A DNA stretch of 64,000 bases from Chrysomallon squamiferum (Eukaryota > Animalia > Mollusca): contig CM022667.1 in assembly GCA_012295275.1 (NCBI GenBank), positions 5,208,001 through 5,272,000 on the forward strand, read 5' to 3'. Position 1 is the stretch's first letter; each line of letters opens with the position of its first letter. A program made the position numbers and the translations under genes. A model generated the notes under the pieces. The model saw only the letters and a list, made by a program, of their open reading frames with translations, did not search any database and was not told where the DNA came from. Positions 29,716 through 44,189 of the stretch are shown here, in pieces.

Positions 29716-29760
29716 CAAGTAGAGTCGTTTTAGAGGTGGATGTCTGTTTGTTAGTACGAC
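29716..29760 (-). CDS. 45-nt juxtamembrane exon (GRTNKQTSTSKTTLL)
   Basis: ccag/GTAAGT, phase 1-1; same length as paralogue 51032-51076. Confidence 0.8.
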
Positions 29761-29858
29761 CTGGACAAGTGAAATGACAACAGATGTAATGAGAGTGATG
29801 ACATTAATTCAGAAAGACAGAACTGTTTTAATTATATGTAATGAAATTCCTAAAATTA

Positions 29859-29907
<49 letters not shown>

Positions 29908-29955
29908 TTAATAATAATAATGGTAATGACAATGATGTAGATAATGATGATGATG

Positions 29956-29998
<43 letters not shown>

Positions 29999-30021
29999 CA
30001 ATGATGTAGATAATGATGATG

Positions 30022-30058
<37 letters not shown>

Positions 30059-31966
30059 GAGAAAAATATAGGGAAAGGAAGTTGATTTTAAAGTTAACGA
30101 TTACTAATGAACTGGTGACATATTCTGATATATATTACTACAGTGACATGGAAGTAGATAATATACTGATTCATTTATATACTTGATTTTTAAATAGATG
30201 CACTAGAAAATCAGAAAAATAATTGAGTAAGTAAATACATTATTAACTCCAAACAGAATTTCGAGAGCAGAATAGTGAATGAAAAAAAAAAAAAAAAAAA
30301 AAATAAATAAATAAAAAAAAAAAAAAAAAAAAAAAATCTAGTAACCGAAGAAATAAATAAATAAAATATTTAGTACTATATATTAAAATCAATAAAAGAA
30401 GAAGAAAAAAAAAAGAAGCAGACCAGAAAGTACAAAAAGAAAATATTGAGCAGTTACAGAAAAAAAATGATTGAATAAAATGCTGTTTTTCAGGAGGAGT
30501 TGAGATATACGTACATACGTATGATCAGACATACATACATATGTACTTTCCCTGAGGAATGAAAATCGGGTCGTAAAAAGTTTGAAATCATTTGGAGAAG
30601 ATTGTGTAGGTTTTTCACCGCAGCTCGCAGTTCTTCGAAAACTTCGCGTAAAACAATGAAACATAATACTGATAATGTCTTTGTTGTTTTAAGGTTATTA
30701 TGTATACTTAATTTTCAGACCTGGTTGAAGCGGCTGACGATTAGCAATACAATAAGCCACTAAAGTGACGCCATCTTGAATATTTCGCCAGGGTGCTGGG
30801 AACAGTTTTACAGATATGAATACTGTAACAAGGATCTGCATAAACTAAATTATCTTACTGTGCTTGCCGTTTGGAAATCGGACATATGATTCCGGAGAAA
30901 TGTTCGATTAGATCAATAACTAATTATTCAAAAAAATTCAAAAAAAGTACACTATTAATAGCAGTAATAAAAAACAATAATTACAAAAAATTCAAACAAG
31001 GACACAAAAGAATGTTATGTAATACATGTTACTGTAATCTCATCCTATATAATAATAAACCCGGTTATATATGAAGCAGTGTTTGATTTGCATATACTAA
31101 CTTCACATACTTTATCAGAGTACTAATTTTTATGTGTCTATAATCTTCAGATTATCTTCTTTCCGTGTATGCGATGGAGACAAAATAAAATAACGACAAC
31201 GATTAAATAAGTATTGATATGTATTAATAATTATAACCAGTAAATGAACAGCCTTCAGTTGCCGATCTATGGAAATAATTAAATTTCTGTTTGACACGAG
31301 TGATAGCTTTTTACAAGAAAAGGACGAACTTTCAACAGCAGTTTTTAAACTTTAGTTACATTAATTAGCTAGTTTTGTTTGACAAACTAACACATCTTTG
31401 AAATTTTTCCGCCTACGTTTTTCGCTTTTTTCTTTGATTGGCCTTGCTTTGACAAGCAATTGGCAGCGGTAGTTTGTACGATTCTTTACTTCCTTTCTTC
31501 TTTTTGTTTTTATTTATTTCTATATGTTTCTTGATACTGTCATTAGACAGTGTAATCTGTGTCATAATTGGCATTTAAATATGTAACTTAAACTTGCATT
31601 AAAGTAATTACTTAGTGACCGACTGCGTAGGTGTAATTATGATTCCACTGATTCTGTATTTTAAGTCATGTTTCCTCAAAACTCTAAATAAGTTAGTTTT
31701 ATTTATATTGTTTTAGCTGATTCCAAAATAAGTTCTTTATATAAACAAACGACTCAAACTGCACACATATTGATTTGTTATTTATATAGAGGATATATAT
31801 TTTGCTTTCACAATTCAAAACTTACTAATCCCTGTCACAGAGTTCTAAACCACTAGACACGATAACGAGAAGGTAAAGCATTGGCACCGTGACGGATTGA
31901 AAGAGTAAAAGTGAGAAAAAATACAAAGCAAACAATAATATTGTTCTATTCCATGAGAAAACTTAC

Positions 31967-31993
31967 CTAAATGTTTCTGCGGCCGAAACCTTT
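31967..31993 (-). CDS. 27-nt stalk microexon (QRFRPQKHL)
   Basis: ttttcttcag/GTAAGT, phase 1-1; positional paralogue of 51581-51607. Confidence 0.7.
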   Translation of the reverse strand, partial: KGFGRRNI

Positions 31994-32024
31994 CTGAAGA
32001 AAATAATAAAAGTAATAAAAAAAA

Positions 32025-32085
<61 letters not shown>

Positions 32086-32192
32086 GTAATAATATTCATA
32101 ATCATAAGAAAAAGAAGAACAGGAAGAGGACAGATGAATAAAGATGATAGTATCAGTAAAGAAGTAAACAAAAGTCATAGGATGATACTTAC

Positions 32193-32219
32193 GACTAAAA
32201 TCCATATCGTGTGCAGATC
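32193..32219 (-). CDS. 27-nt stalk microexon (GSAHDMDFS)
   Basis: AG/GTAAGT, phase 1-1; paralogue GTSQDVDYS at 51898-51924. Confidence 0.8.
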
Positions 32220-32236
32220 CTTGAAGAGAAATCAAA

Positions 32237-32279
<43 letters not shown>

Positions 32280-32534
32280 CATTATTAATAGGTACTGAGT
32301 AAAATGATGTTAAATTTTGTATTTAATATTTGACTGGATTAGGAAATGTAATATTCAACTTTTTACATGCGATAGAAAAAGCTAATTTACACACTAAGAG
32401 AACTCACGTACATGTTAACAAAGGAAAATAATAATAATAATAAAAATAATAATAGTAATAATAATAAATATTGTTATTTTGATTATCATTATCATCATTT
32501 AAATGATGATAGAAATAAAATAAAATGTTCTTAC

Positions 32535-32549
32535 CAACAACTAGTGTAT
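32535..32549 (-). CDS. 15-nt stalk microexon (DTLVV)
   Basis: ttttttgtccgcag/GTAAGA, phase 1-1. Confidence 0.7.
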
Positions 32550-33592
32550 CTGCGGACAAAAAAGAAAATAATAATGACAGCATATTAATGTACAAATGTA
32601 TAAGGGAAAGTGAGAGTCTATACATTACAACCTCCATTTAACGAACTTAAGATTTAGAGTATAGAGATGTGGCGGTTTGGTTACTTTAGGTTTCAAGTAT
32701 GTATCGGAGAATTCAAAATCTTAGCCATTGTTAGTAGATTCAATAGACTGCGCTGTGCGGAAATTAATAAAACAATACATTTTTCGTTATATCAGAACTG
32801 TGGAACTGTAATTGTAAAGTTTTCTTCAATACAAAATGCTATAAACTGTTTCTCTTATCGTTGATCTCTCTCACTCACACACACATACACACACACACAT
32901 ACCGGAACACACACAAATATATAAATAGATAAATAGATAGAAACATGTATAGTCTATCAAACATATAAAAATAAAAATAGGCGAAATATTCATGGTTTTT
33001 CTCTTTGATACAAACTTTCATAATTTCGTTTTTCTTGATGTCATCCCAGTGAAATGTGACATGGCTATGTGACAGTGTTCATGCAATACACTGACTTCAG
33101 ATTTCGTCATCAAACAGCATCGCAAGACGGTGCTGAAACCAATGAGCTTCTGAATCCTGGCACGTGCAGTGAGTGCTCATTCTTTGAGCAATGCATGTGA
33201 CAGTAGGCATACATGGTGTTTTCATAGCCATCTTCATCTGTCAGTTCAGGTAATACGAGCCATCCACTGCTACTGACAGGGTAAAATGGCAATAACTATT
33301 GATATTTGTTGTGTGGAGGATTTATGTTGAGAAATTGGACTTCTGTTCCTTCTTGATCAATTTGTAGTACAACGAGAAACAGATTCATTAATTCGTTAAT
33401 CAACAACACAAATGGTGTGGACGAAACTAAGCAACATATATCAGCTATCAAGAAAGAAAATCTCAAGAGGGGGGTTTAGTGTGTGTCCGAAATTCTTATT
33501 AGTGATTCGAGTACTTTCCAGGTGAGGTGTTGTCTAACCGAGAATAGTCCGACAGAGTTTTACCCAAGTCCTGGGTTCGATATAAATACATA

Positions 33593-33696
<104 letters not shown>

Positions 33697-33844
33697 CATC
33701 ATTATCATCATTATTATTATTTTTGATTTTTGAAGTAGTCAAAGTTTATTAACCTCATTATCATAAAATTATTATTATTTTGATTTTGTAAAGTAGTCAA
33801 AGTTTCACGGTGATTTTCTTATAAATAAAACAAAATATTCTTAC

Positions 33845-33859
33845 CAACAGTTCTTGTGT
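33845..33859 (-). CDS. 15-nt stalk microexon (DTRTV)
   Basis: GTAAGA donor; near-identical to ETRTV at 52431; weak pyrimidine tract. Confidence 0.5.
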
Positions 33860-34261
33860 CTGTGCTGTGTGTAAGTGACTTATACTCTGTAAACATTTAC
33901 TATTATAGTCTTCAGATTAATGCTGTGTACATTTTACGATACTGTATTATGATAGTTTAAAAAATGTGCGGTTTGACTGATTTTAACATTACTATTGTCT
34001 TCTCATTTTCAGTCAAATCAAAGGTCCACTCTATAGTAAGAAAAAGCCTATTAGTATTGTAGAAATAACTGTTAAATAAATCTAGCTGAAACATGAAGTC
34101 ATTCGAAACAAGTATAATAAAACTTTCAAATGACTCTAAAACCGTGTTATGATACTTTAATTTCAAAATAAGTAATTATGATTTAGCAATTTAAATAAAT
34201 AGATAAACAAAATAAAACAAATAAAAAAGATGAAAGTTGTTGGATTATAAATAATACTTGC

Positions 34262-34585
34262 CTCGAGTGCTTTTAATACATGGAGTATCAGTGACATTAG
34301 TAGGAAATCCATCAGAACATATCCATTGGCCTTCATCAACTTCCTTGTGGAACTTCTCTATGCCGATAGTAATTTATGTCGGTGAATCTATCCGAGCGCA
34401 GTATCCTGGCTTCTCGCCATTGGTTTCACACATTGTTGCAAGGTAATTGCAAGTTATAACTTCTTGTTTATTTGGCCTTAATACTCTTATTCCATTTCTT
34501 ACAGTGCCCTTCATGTTACATGCTAATTTTGTAGGTAATCCTTCTTCGGCTTCATCCAAGCAGTCAGTATATGTTCTTGCTCTTC
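34262..34585 (-). pseudogene. Type B Ig exon with in-frame stop (CAA>TAA at 34374-34376)
   Basis: 324 nt, intact splice sites, SPTQ becomes SPT*. Confidence 0.8.
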
Positions 34586-34944
34586 CTGGAAAGCAAGTTA
34601 TTAAATATTACATATAGTAAAAATAGGAAACTAATATAATAAAACATTTACTAACTGGTTAAAAATCGATTATGATTCAACAAGTTGAATGGAAAGGATT
34701 TATTTCTATCTATCAATCTACGTATGTATGTATGTATGTATGTGTGTGTTTGTATGTGTATTAACAAAAAATAAGGAAACTAAAATTAATACTATTAAAA
34801 AAGTAATCGTATATCGTCGACAATTAAAGGAGATTATACAGACACAAAATATGAAAGGACTATAAATAATTCTTTAAGGAAATATACAGAGTATTTTGAG
34901 ATAATCGAGAACTACTGTTCTCTGCTACAACTATTTGTACTTAC

Positions 34945-34965
34945 CTTTAGAAGGATTATAGCTTC
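34945..34965 (-). CDS. 21-nt linker microexon (GSYNPSK)
   Basis: AG/GTAAGT, phase 1-1. Confidence 0.75.
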
Positions 34966-35542
34966 CTACAGAGGCGGAGAAAAGAAAGAAAACCAATACG
35001 GTTTTGTTAGTAGTGAGAAAACAAACACTATAAATGATTTTACAGTTTGAGAAAGAAACGAAATGATTTCATTAAAAATTGAGAAGAAAAGACAGTGTAA
35101 TAAGGTGATAAATATATATATGAACGTCTGGTGTTTAGAATCATATCGTGATGTGTTGGGTCAACTATATCTGAACTTCTTGTGTACAAAGCAATTCAGC
35201 TTTTGTTTTAGACATAAATTCAATGTAATCAGGTGGTAAATATTTGTACATCGCCACCCACATGCTTGAGAAACAATTCGGACTAACAATTCAGAGGAAC
35301 GCCAGGCATGAACCGGAGTCACAATAGAAAAACACTGGGAATTTGAATGATCTACAAAATTCTCATTCCACAAAAATGGGCGAGATAACTGCACGTCGTG
35401 ATGTCTATAGATGAGTCATTACTTGTTTATGCGTGTGCGTCTGTGTGTTTCTATATGTAAGAGCTGGACAAATAATGTTTAATAATGTTTAATAATAATA
35501 GTAATAATAATAATAATAAAAATCTAGTTCGAAATTTCTTAC

Positions 35543-35557
35543 CTGTAGCTATTATAG
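35543..35557 (-). CDS. 15-nt linker microexon (xIIAT)
   Basis: AG/GTAAGA, phase 1-1. Confidence 0.65.
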
Positions 35558-35641
35558 CTATAATATAAAAATGGGAAAAACAGTTGATTATTACGTCAAA
35601 TGTATCGAATTTACTCATTATCTACCAGACAATTAAAGGAA

Positions 35642-35710
<69 letters not shown>

Positions 35711-35958
35711 TAAAAATGTTAAAAATCTACAAATATAAATATTAATAAAAGAGATTAAAAATTAAAGAAACTAAAACGAAAGTAAATGAAGTGTAAATTA
35801 TTAGAAACTCTTTAGATAATAAATGCATGTTAAAATTTAGTGATTTATTAAGAATTTAGGATAATTAGATCTGAAAATGCTGAATTTTCGAATTTTAACA
35901 TAATCGGAGATAGAGTCTTCAGATATTCAATATACAATAACGTTTTAATTGTACTTAC

Positions 35959-36279
35959 GTTGACTACTTTTGTTACAGGTAGTTTCACCAATACCAGAAG
36001 GTGGTCCGTCAGTGCAGGTCCACTCTCCTTCATCGACATTTTTTCTGAAGTTTTGTATCATAATAGTAATTTCTGAGGCTGAATCAACTATAACACAATA
36101 TTCTACTTTTGTGAGAACACGAGTACAGACTGTGTTACGATTACAATCTATAACTAACTGACCATCTGGTCTACGAACTTGTATTCCGTACTTTACAGTG
36201 CCGTTTATACGACATATCAGTTGTGATGGCCGTGCATTATTTGGACCATTTAAACAGTCTAAATATGTCATTGCTTTTT
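35959..36279 (-). CDS. Ig-like exon type A, copy 6
   Basis: 321 nt open exon, AG/GTAAGT. Confidence 0.85.
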
Positions 36280-36328
36280 CTGAATAAAAAATGAAAAAAA
36301 AAAAATAATAATAAGAAAGAAAGAATGC

Positions 36329-36382
<54 letters not shown>

Positions 36383-36485
36383 GTATGTATAGTTAGATAG
36401 ATACATAAATAGATGTCTAGATAGATATATAGATATACAGATAAATAGATAGATAGACGGGTAGATAAGAAATAGCCTAGATCAT

Positions 36486-36566
<81 letters not shown>

Positions 36567-36895
36567 TGTGTGTGTGTGTGCTTTTGATATAACGTTGTAC
36601 CTGTGATGAAATAATTTCAATCAGCTGTAACTGGCAGTATTCTTTGAAAAGTCGGAAAAACAAATCGGTTCAGGACCCTATTTTCTATTTAACATAACGT
36701 TTCCAGTTTTACCAATTCACCGATAATAGGTACATTTGTCAATATATAGCCTCAAATAACGAAAGCATCAAGAACCAGAACAACTACAGGCAAAACAATA
36801 GCAACATTAGAGACAACAACAACAACAGCAACAACAACAGGAAAAATAAGAATACTGATAGTAGTAGTAGTAATAATAATCATAATAATAATAAT

Positions 36896-36930
<35 letters not shown>

Positions 36931-37681
36931 GAATTATAATTATGATGATAATAATAATATATAATAATAAATCAATAAATAAATCAATTAAATTAAAAAA
37001 AAAATAAAGTGTTTGAAACAGAATAATAATTGAAAAGCGAATTATTCATATATGAAATATAGTTTGAAAAGAGAATCATATGTGTGTGTTCTAAGAATTA
37101 CAAATATGCATCTAAAATATCTCATATTATCTTAAATCAGAAGTTGTTATGTGACCTTTCAGAACTAACTGTAATCTTTATAGCTCACAAGGAACCTCCG
37201 TCCGAAAAAACATAAATCAAAATCAACCTTTATAACTCTTATCAATTCCTTTAAACTATTGGGATGTGCAAGAATAAACACACAACCTGACTAAAATATA
37301 AATAAATATAAATAAAACTAAATAACTAAAAAAGGTTTGTGACTGACGTAACACAGGAACCACTGTTTTAGTACATTTTTGAATTAAAAACTAACAGGGG
37401 GAAATATTACATTTTTCATTTTCTTACTGTACCGATATTGTCTAAGTTTTGTTTCTTACATTATTTCCGTTATCCTTCGAACGTACGGACAGAACATTTT
37501 GCTACAAATTGTGAGATATCCAATATGTTTACAAATCACCTTGCTTAGCGAATTTCATTTTTTTGTCATACGTATGCAAAACAAATAAAATAATAATAAT
37601 AATAAAATAATAAACGATAAAAAAAAAATAAAAAAATAAATAAATAAAATAAAATAATAATAATAATAAAATAATAAACGA

Positions 37682-37712
<31 letters not shown>

Positions 37713-38230
37713 AAAATAAAAAATAAAATAAAATAAAATAAAATAAAATAAATAAAATAAAATAATATATTATTAAAGAATGACTTATATAAGTAAAATA
37801 TTTGTATTAATAAGTTTATGATTATTACTAGTAAACATTATCATGTAGGAGAAGAACTTCACACAGATATCCATCGACAGAAGTTTGTAATTTGAGATCA
37901 CACTTATTTGTAACTAGTATTACATAATTAGATTATAAAAGAAAAAACAATTAAAAGAGTCGAGCTTTGTTTTCTAAAAGCTACGTATCTGTCGACTTGC
38001 ACTACAGGAACTCAAACGAATCTCTGGGTTGAAATATGCAAAATGAAGTAGAAGAGGAAGTGGATGGTGTATATCTGTATTTCTTAACTGCTAATTCTGC
38101 TGAAAATACTATTTCTGCCATCACTGTAGATACTGCCACTGCTAATACTATTACTACTATTAATAGTGATAAAATATTCTTCTTTGGTATTCAACTTTAA
38201 AGAATACACAGTCAATGAGAAACGTCTTAC

Positions 38231-38251
38231 CAGCAGGCAAGTTTTTCTGAC
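38231..38251 (-). CDS. 21-nt linker microexon (GQKNLPA)
   Basis: AG/GTAAGA, phase 1-1. Confidence 0.65.
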
Positions 38252-38393
38252 CTTTAGAAGAGAAAAAGAATTCAAGGAAATTATATTAGTCATTTGTAAT
38301 AAATTATGTAAAGATGCAGCAAGGAAATGGAACCAAATATTTATTACAAGATATTGATTATATCATTATATAAGAGGGATTGATGTGCTTCAA

Positions 38394-38452
<59 letters not shown>

Positions 38453-38459
38453 CAACAAC

Positions 38460-38534
<75 letters not shown>

Positions 38535-38535
38535 C

Positions 38536-38574
<39 letters not shown>

Positions 38575-38576
38575 GC

Positions 38577-38900
38577 CTCGAGACCTTTTAATACATGGAG
38601 TATCAGTGACATTATTAGGATATCCATCAGAACATATCCATTGGCCTTCGTCATCTTCCTTGTGGAACTTCTCTATACCGATAGTAATTTGTGTCGGTGA
38701 ATCTATCCGAGCGCAGTATCCTGGCCTATTGCCCATGGTTCCACACATTGTTGTCAGGTAATTGCAAGTTATAACTTCTTCTTTAGTTGGATTTAATACT
38801 CTTATTCCAGTTCTTACAGTGCCCTTCATGTTACATGTTAATTTTGTAGGTAATCCTTCTTCGGCTTCATCCAAGCAGTCAGTATATGTTCTTGCCCTTC
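38577..38900 (-). CDS. Ig-like exon type B, copy 7
   Basis: 324 nt open exon, AG|GCAAGT donor. Confidence 0.85.
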
Positions 38901-39304
38901 CTGGAAAGGAAGTTAGTGAATAGTACAGATATTAAAGATAGGAAACTATTATAATAAAACATTTACTAAATCGTTAAAAATTGATTATGATTCAACAAGT
39001 GGAATGGAAACGATTTATTTCTATCTATCAATCTCTGTATGCATTTATGTATGTATGTATGTATGTATGTATGTATGTATGTATGTATGTATGTATGTAT
39101 GTATGTGTGTTTATGTGAATTGAAAAAATCAAGGAAAGTAAAATTAATACTATTAAAAGAATAATCGTATATCGTAGGTAATTAAAGGAGATTATATAGA
39201 CACAAAATATGAAAGCAATATAAATAATTGTTTAAGGAAATATACAGAGTATTTATAGAGAATTAACAACTACTTTTCTCTCTGCTACAACTATTTGTAC
39301 TTAC

Positions 39305-39326
39305 CTTGTAAAGGAATTATAGCTTC
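39305..39326 (-). CDS. Linker microexon with 1-nt insertion (22 nt; in-frame 18 nt if the AG at 39323-39324 is used)
   Basis: Aligns to GSYNPSE microexon; GTAAGT donor intact. Confidence 0.4.
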
Positions 39327-39916
39327 CTTCAGAGGCCGAGAAAAGAAAGAAAAACAAATCGATTTTGTTAGTACTCAGAAAACACTATAAATTATTTTAC
39401 AATTTGAGTGAGAAACGAAATAACGTCATTAAAAATTGAGAAAAAAGACAGTGTAATATGGTGATAAATATATATATGAACGTCTGGTGTTTAGAATCAT
39501 ATCGTGATGTGTTGGGTCAACAATATCTGAACTTCTTGTGTACACACCCATTTAGCTTTTGTTTTATACATAAATTCAATGCAATCATGTGGTAAATATT
39601 TGTACATCGCCACCCACACGCTTGGGAGACAATTCGGACCAATAATTCAGACGAACTCGACGCAGGAACCGGAGTCACAATAGAAAAACACTGGGAATTT
39701 GAGTGATCTACAAAATTCTCATTCCACAAAAATGGGAGAGATAACTGCACGTCGTGATGTCTATAGATGAGTCACTACTTGTTTATGCGTGTGCGTCTGT
39801 GTGTTTCTATATGTAAGAAATAATGTTTAATAGCAATAAAAAAAATAATAATAATAATAATAATAATAATAACCATAATAATAATAATAAAAATAATCTA
39901 ATTCAAAATTTCTTAC

Positions 39917-39931
39917 CTGCAGGTAGTATAG
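39917..39931 (-). CDS. 15-nt linker microexon (xILPA)
   Basis: AG/GTAAGA, phase 1-1. Confidence 0.65.
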
Positions 39932-40015
39932 CTATAATGCATAAATGGAAAATAAGGTTCTTTATTCAGTCTCTTGTATCGAATTCACTAATTATCTACC
40001 AGACAATTAATACAA

Positions 40016-40077
<62 letters not shown>

Positions 40078-40860
40078 TAATAATAACAATAATAATAATA
40101 ATAATAATAAAATTTTGAAAATCTACAAGTATAGATACTAATAAAATAAATTAAAAACTAAAGAAACTAAAACGAAAGTAAATGAAGAGTAAATTATAAG
40201 AAGCTGTTTAGATAATACATAAAGATTAAGTGATTATCAAAAATGAATCGATTATATCTAATTGACTAATTATGTAGTAGACAGCCAGTAAAAAATAAAA
40301 AGAGAAAAAGGAAAACAAGAGAAAACAAAGAAGAAATCATAGGTATAAATAATAATAATAAATAAATTAGAATAAAACGAAGGTATATAAAACAAAAAAT
40401 ATAAGAAGCTGTTTAGATAATGATGATATATTTAATGATCTGATAATTGGTCTATGAAGAGTTACCTTTCTGAGTTGCTGTAACGAAGACGCTGATAAAT
40501 TCCTGTCACTTAACCGCGTGAGATTGTAATTAGGATAATTAGGATAGAAACATAATCAGATATAGAGTCTTCACATATTCAAAATTCAATAATTCATCAA
40601 ATTTCCTGAAACGTATTTTATTTTTATTTTTATAAAGTAATAGTATTTAAACATGCCTTAGATTACAATGGATTCTACATAAGATAAAGTAAACAATTTC
40701 ACAGTTAATCTACATACAGCAGAATAGAAATAGCTGTGTCGGAAAGTTTCTAACGAAGTTTTGCTGTAACATTTCAAAATACCAGCCCTACAGAAAAATT
40801 ATGATTTCATGAGTAGTTTATTTTTTTAGAAGTGGACATTAAAGTTTTAATTGTACTTAC

Positions 40861-41181
40861 GTTGACTAATTTTGTTACAGGTAGTTTCACCAATACCAGG
40901 AGGTGGTCCGTCAGTGCAGGTCCACTTTCCTTCATCGACATTTTTTCTGAAGTTTTGTACCATAATAGTTATTTCTGAGGCTGAATCTACTATAACACAA
41001 TATTCTACTTTTTTAAGAACGACAGTACAGACTGTATTAGGAGTACAAGATATAACTAACTGACCATCTGGTCTACGAACTTGTATTCCGTACTTTACAG
41101 TGCCGCTGATGCGACACTTCAGTTGTGATTCCCGTGGATCATTTGGACCATTGAAACAGTCTAGATTCGTCATTGCTTTTT
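40861..41181 (-). CDS. Ig-like exon type A, copy 7 (KAMTNLDCFNGPNDP...)
   Basis: 321 nt open exon, ttttaag acceptor, GTAAGT donor. Confidence 0.85.
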
Positions 41182-41259
41182 CTTAAAAAAAATAAAAAAA
41201 ATAAAAAAAATAAAATAAAAAATGACTAAAGATGAATATATAGAGATTAAATGTCCCAG

Positions 41260-41434
<175 letters not shown>

Positions 41435-41676
41435 CATATCACTGTGCATCTGGGATAAATAATTTCAATTAACCGGGAAAAAAGCCAAACAACAGCAACA
41501 ACAACAACAACAACAAAAAATGATGACACTGGCCATTTTCTTTCTAACATACATTTTCAGTTTTATCAATTGACTAATAATTTTCATTATATATCCTCTA
41601 ATAACGAAAATAGCATGAACAACAACAACTGAAGCCAACAACAGCAATAACCACAGTATCAACAACTACAATAACG

Positions 41677-41732
<56 letters not shown>

Positions 41733-42358
41733 TTAAAGAAAGAAACGTAAAGCTTCCAAACATAAAACATAATAATTTAGTGATAAGCGAGTTATTCATA
41801 TACATGAATTATCATTTGAAAATGCCACCATATATATACATTTGTAGCGATGTTGTCTAAGTTTTGGGTATTGCTTCATTATTTTTCTCATCCTTCGAAC
41901 GGAGGGAAAGACGATTTTAGTGGTATAAAATGTCAATTATGATACAAAAAAAAAAAAATATAGAAAATCAAATATATGAGTAATGAATCACTCATGTGAG
42001 CAAAATATGTTTATTAATACGTTTTGTTGAATTATACACGACGAACATGATTATTAATAGTAAACATTAACATCAAGGCGATAGTCTCCACACAGACACC
42101 CATCGACAGTAGCTTGTAATTAGAGAGTACACTCATTTATACAAGTATTACATAATATGATAATAAAAGGTAAAATAATCAAACCGTATTTTCTAAAAGG
42201 TATAGAGCTTTCGACTTAGACCGTAGCCACTGAAGCTAATCTCCGAGTCGAAATATGCAAAATGAGTGGATGGAAGAACTAGACAGTGTATACCTCAATT
42301 TCTCAACTGCTAATTCTGCTGAAAATAGTATTTCTGCCGCCACTGATGCTATTGATGA

Positions 42359-42390
<32 letters not shown>

Positions 42391-42459
42391 TTATTAATAG
42401 TGATAAAATGTTCCTCTTTCATATACAAACGAATATAATACAATTAAAAAACTTCTTAC

Positions 42460-42480
42460 CAGCAGTCAAATTTTTCAAAT
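42460..42480 (-). CDS. 21-nt linker microexon (xLKNLTA)
   Basis: AG/GTAAGA, phase 1-1; homologue of the post-B microexon. Confidence 0.6.
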
Positions 42481-42668
42481 CTTTACAAGAAAAAAAAAAA
42501 AAAAAATAAAATAAAATAAAATTAATAAAATTAAATAAATAAATAAATTAAGGTTATTATTTTAGTCATTTGTAATAAATTATATAAAGATGTAGCAAGG
42601 AAATGGAACCAAATATTTATAACAATGTGTGCATTATATCATTATTTGAGAGTGATTGCTATGATTTA

Positions 42669-42705
<37 letters not shown>

Positions 42706-44189
42706 AATAATAATAATAATTATTATTTATATTATTGATAATATAATATAATATAATATAATATAATTTAACATAAGATAACGTAACATTACGTAATATT
42801 AAATAAAACGTACACGGTGCCCACTAACATACTGTTGATATGTTAGAAAACAGTATTTACACACTCACATGATATGATTAGAATCTCTAGAATTGTAAGG
42901 AAGCGAATGTTTTCCATAATATGATTTCAAGCTATTATCTGAAAAAAAAAAAAAAAAAATAAATAAAAAAACTTTTTAAGACGATTGTACTTTTGTTTTC
43001 AGTTTCGATTCGCTTTCATACAGAATGTTTAAGTACCTATTTTGCGATGTATCAAAAAAAATAAAAAAATGAACAAAATATAAATGAAAAAAAAAAATCT
43101 ATGTATCTATCTGTATCTATCTATCTATCTAAAACAAAATATGGTCATAGGAGATAATGTGTTCAGTAGACGAATATATCTATTTCTGATATAGTTATTT
43201 TTAATACATGCAAAGGCAAACATACACACAGAGACACAACATACACAATTTTATATTTATTGATTTATATAATTTTTTTTTTTTTTTTTTTACAAAGTTG
43301 AATATAATTATTGTTATTACTGTCCTTGCAAATGTTTATAATTATATATATTAAAAGATGTCACTTTATACAACTACATATAATCAATCGGAATCCTGGG
43401 TGAAAAGTTACACAACTTTTATTGAGCCGATAAGCGCAAAGTCCTGGCGTTGATTTCCATTTTAAAACTGTGACTTCAACTATTGTAAAATATCGGTCAA
43501 AGTACGTATCGTTAAAACTGCTCTATTCGAAAGATAATTATTCATTTATCATAAATTTAAATAATAAAAATAAAAAGTCTTCATGCATTTATAATTATCA
43601 AATAATCATTTTATTAACAGTCAATAAGGTGGCCGCAGGGCGGAATTGTCACGTCTGCCAAAAAAGTTATTGCAACTCAAATGTATTAAACATCAAGTTC
43701 ACTCTATACATTTTTAGGTTAGTTAGATTCGATATTTACGACTAATCGTCAAACAACACATATGCATACACAGAAAGTTACTGGGTCCAGTAAATCAAAT
43801 ATAAATATCCAGAATAGTCAGATATTCAGTAACGTTCACAATCGTCCATTTCTTCTATCTGTGATGTAAAGTTTTGACATAATGAAAATGCCGACTGAGT
43901 GATTTTATGAGAAAAGATGAACATACCCAGTAAAGTATGGATGAATTTTTTTCCCCTTCTATTTCTTTTCCTAACAGTTTTCTTCACTTTGTTTTGATGT
44001 GTATGTGGCGAAATGATGAATGTACAGTACATTACAGGCACCTCCGATCAGACGCTACACTATGCTAATTGACTACCTCACAGATTTGTGTGTTAATGGT
44101 GATGACGTCATTTCCTTTTAAAGATCAATATTAAAAACCGATGTATCAGAATACAACCGAAACAATATAGACGGACGTTATTTTCACTT

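Noticed and set aside
33050-33380. GC-richer segment with a SWIM-finger-like HCTC...H..AMLF reading on the minus strand
   Set aside because: Too degenerate to call; probably a transposon scrap, needs BLASTX or Dfam
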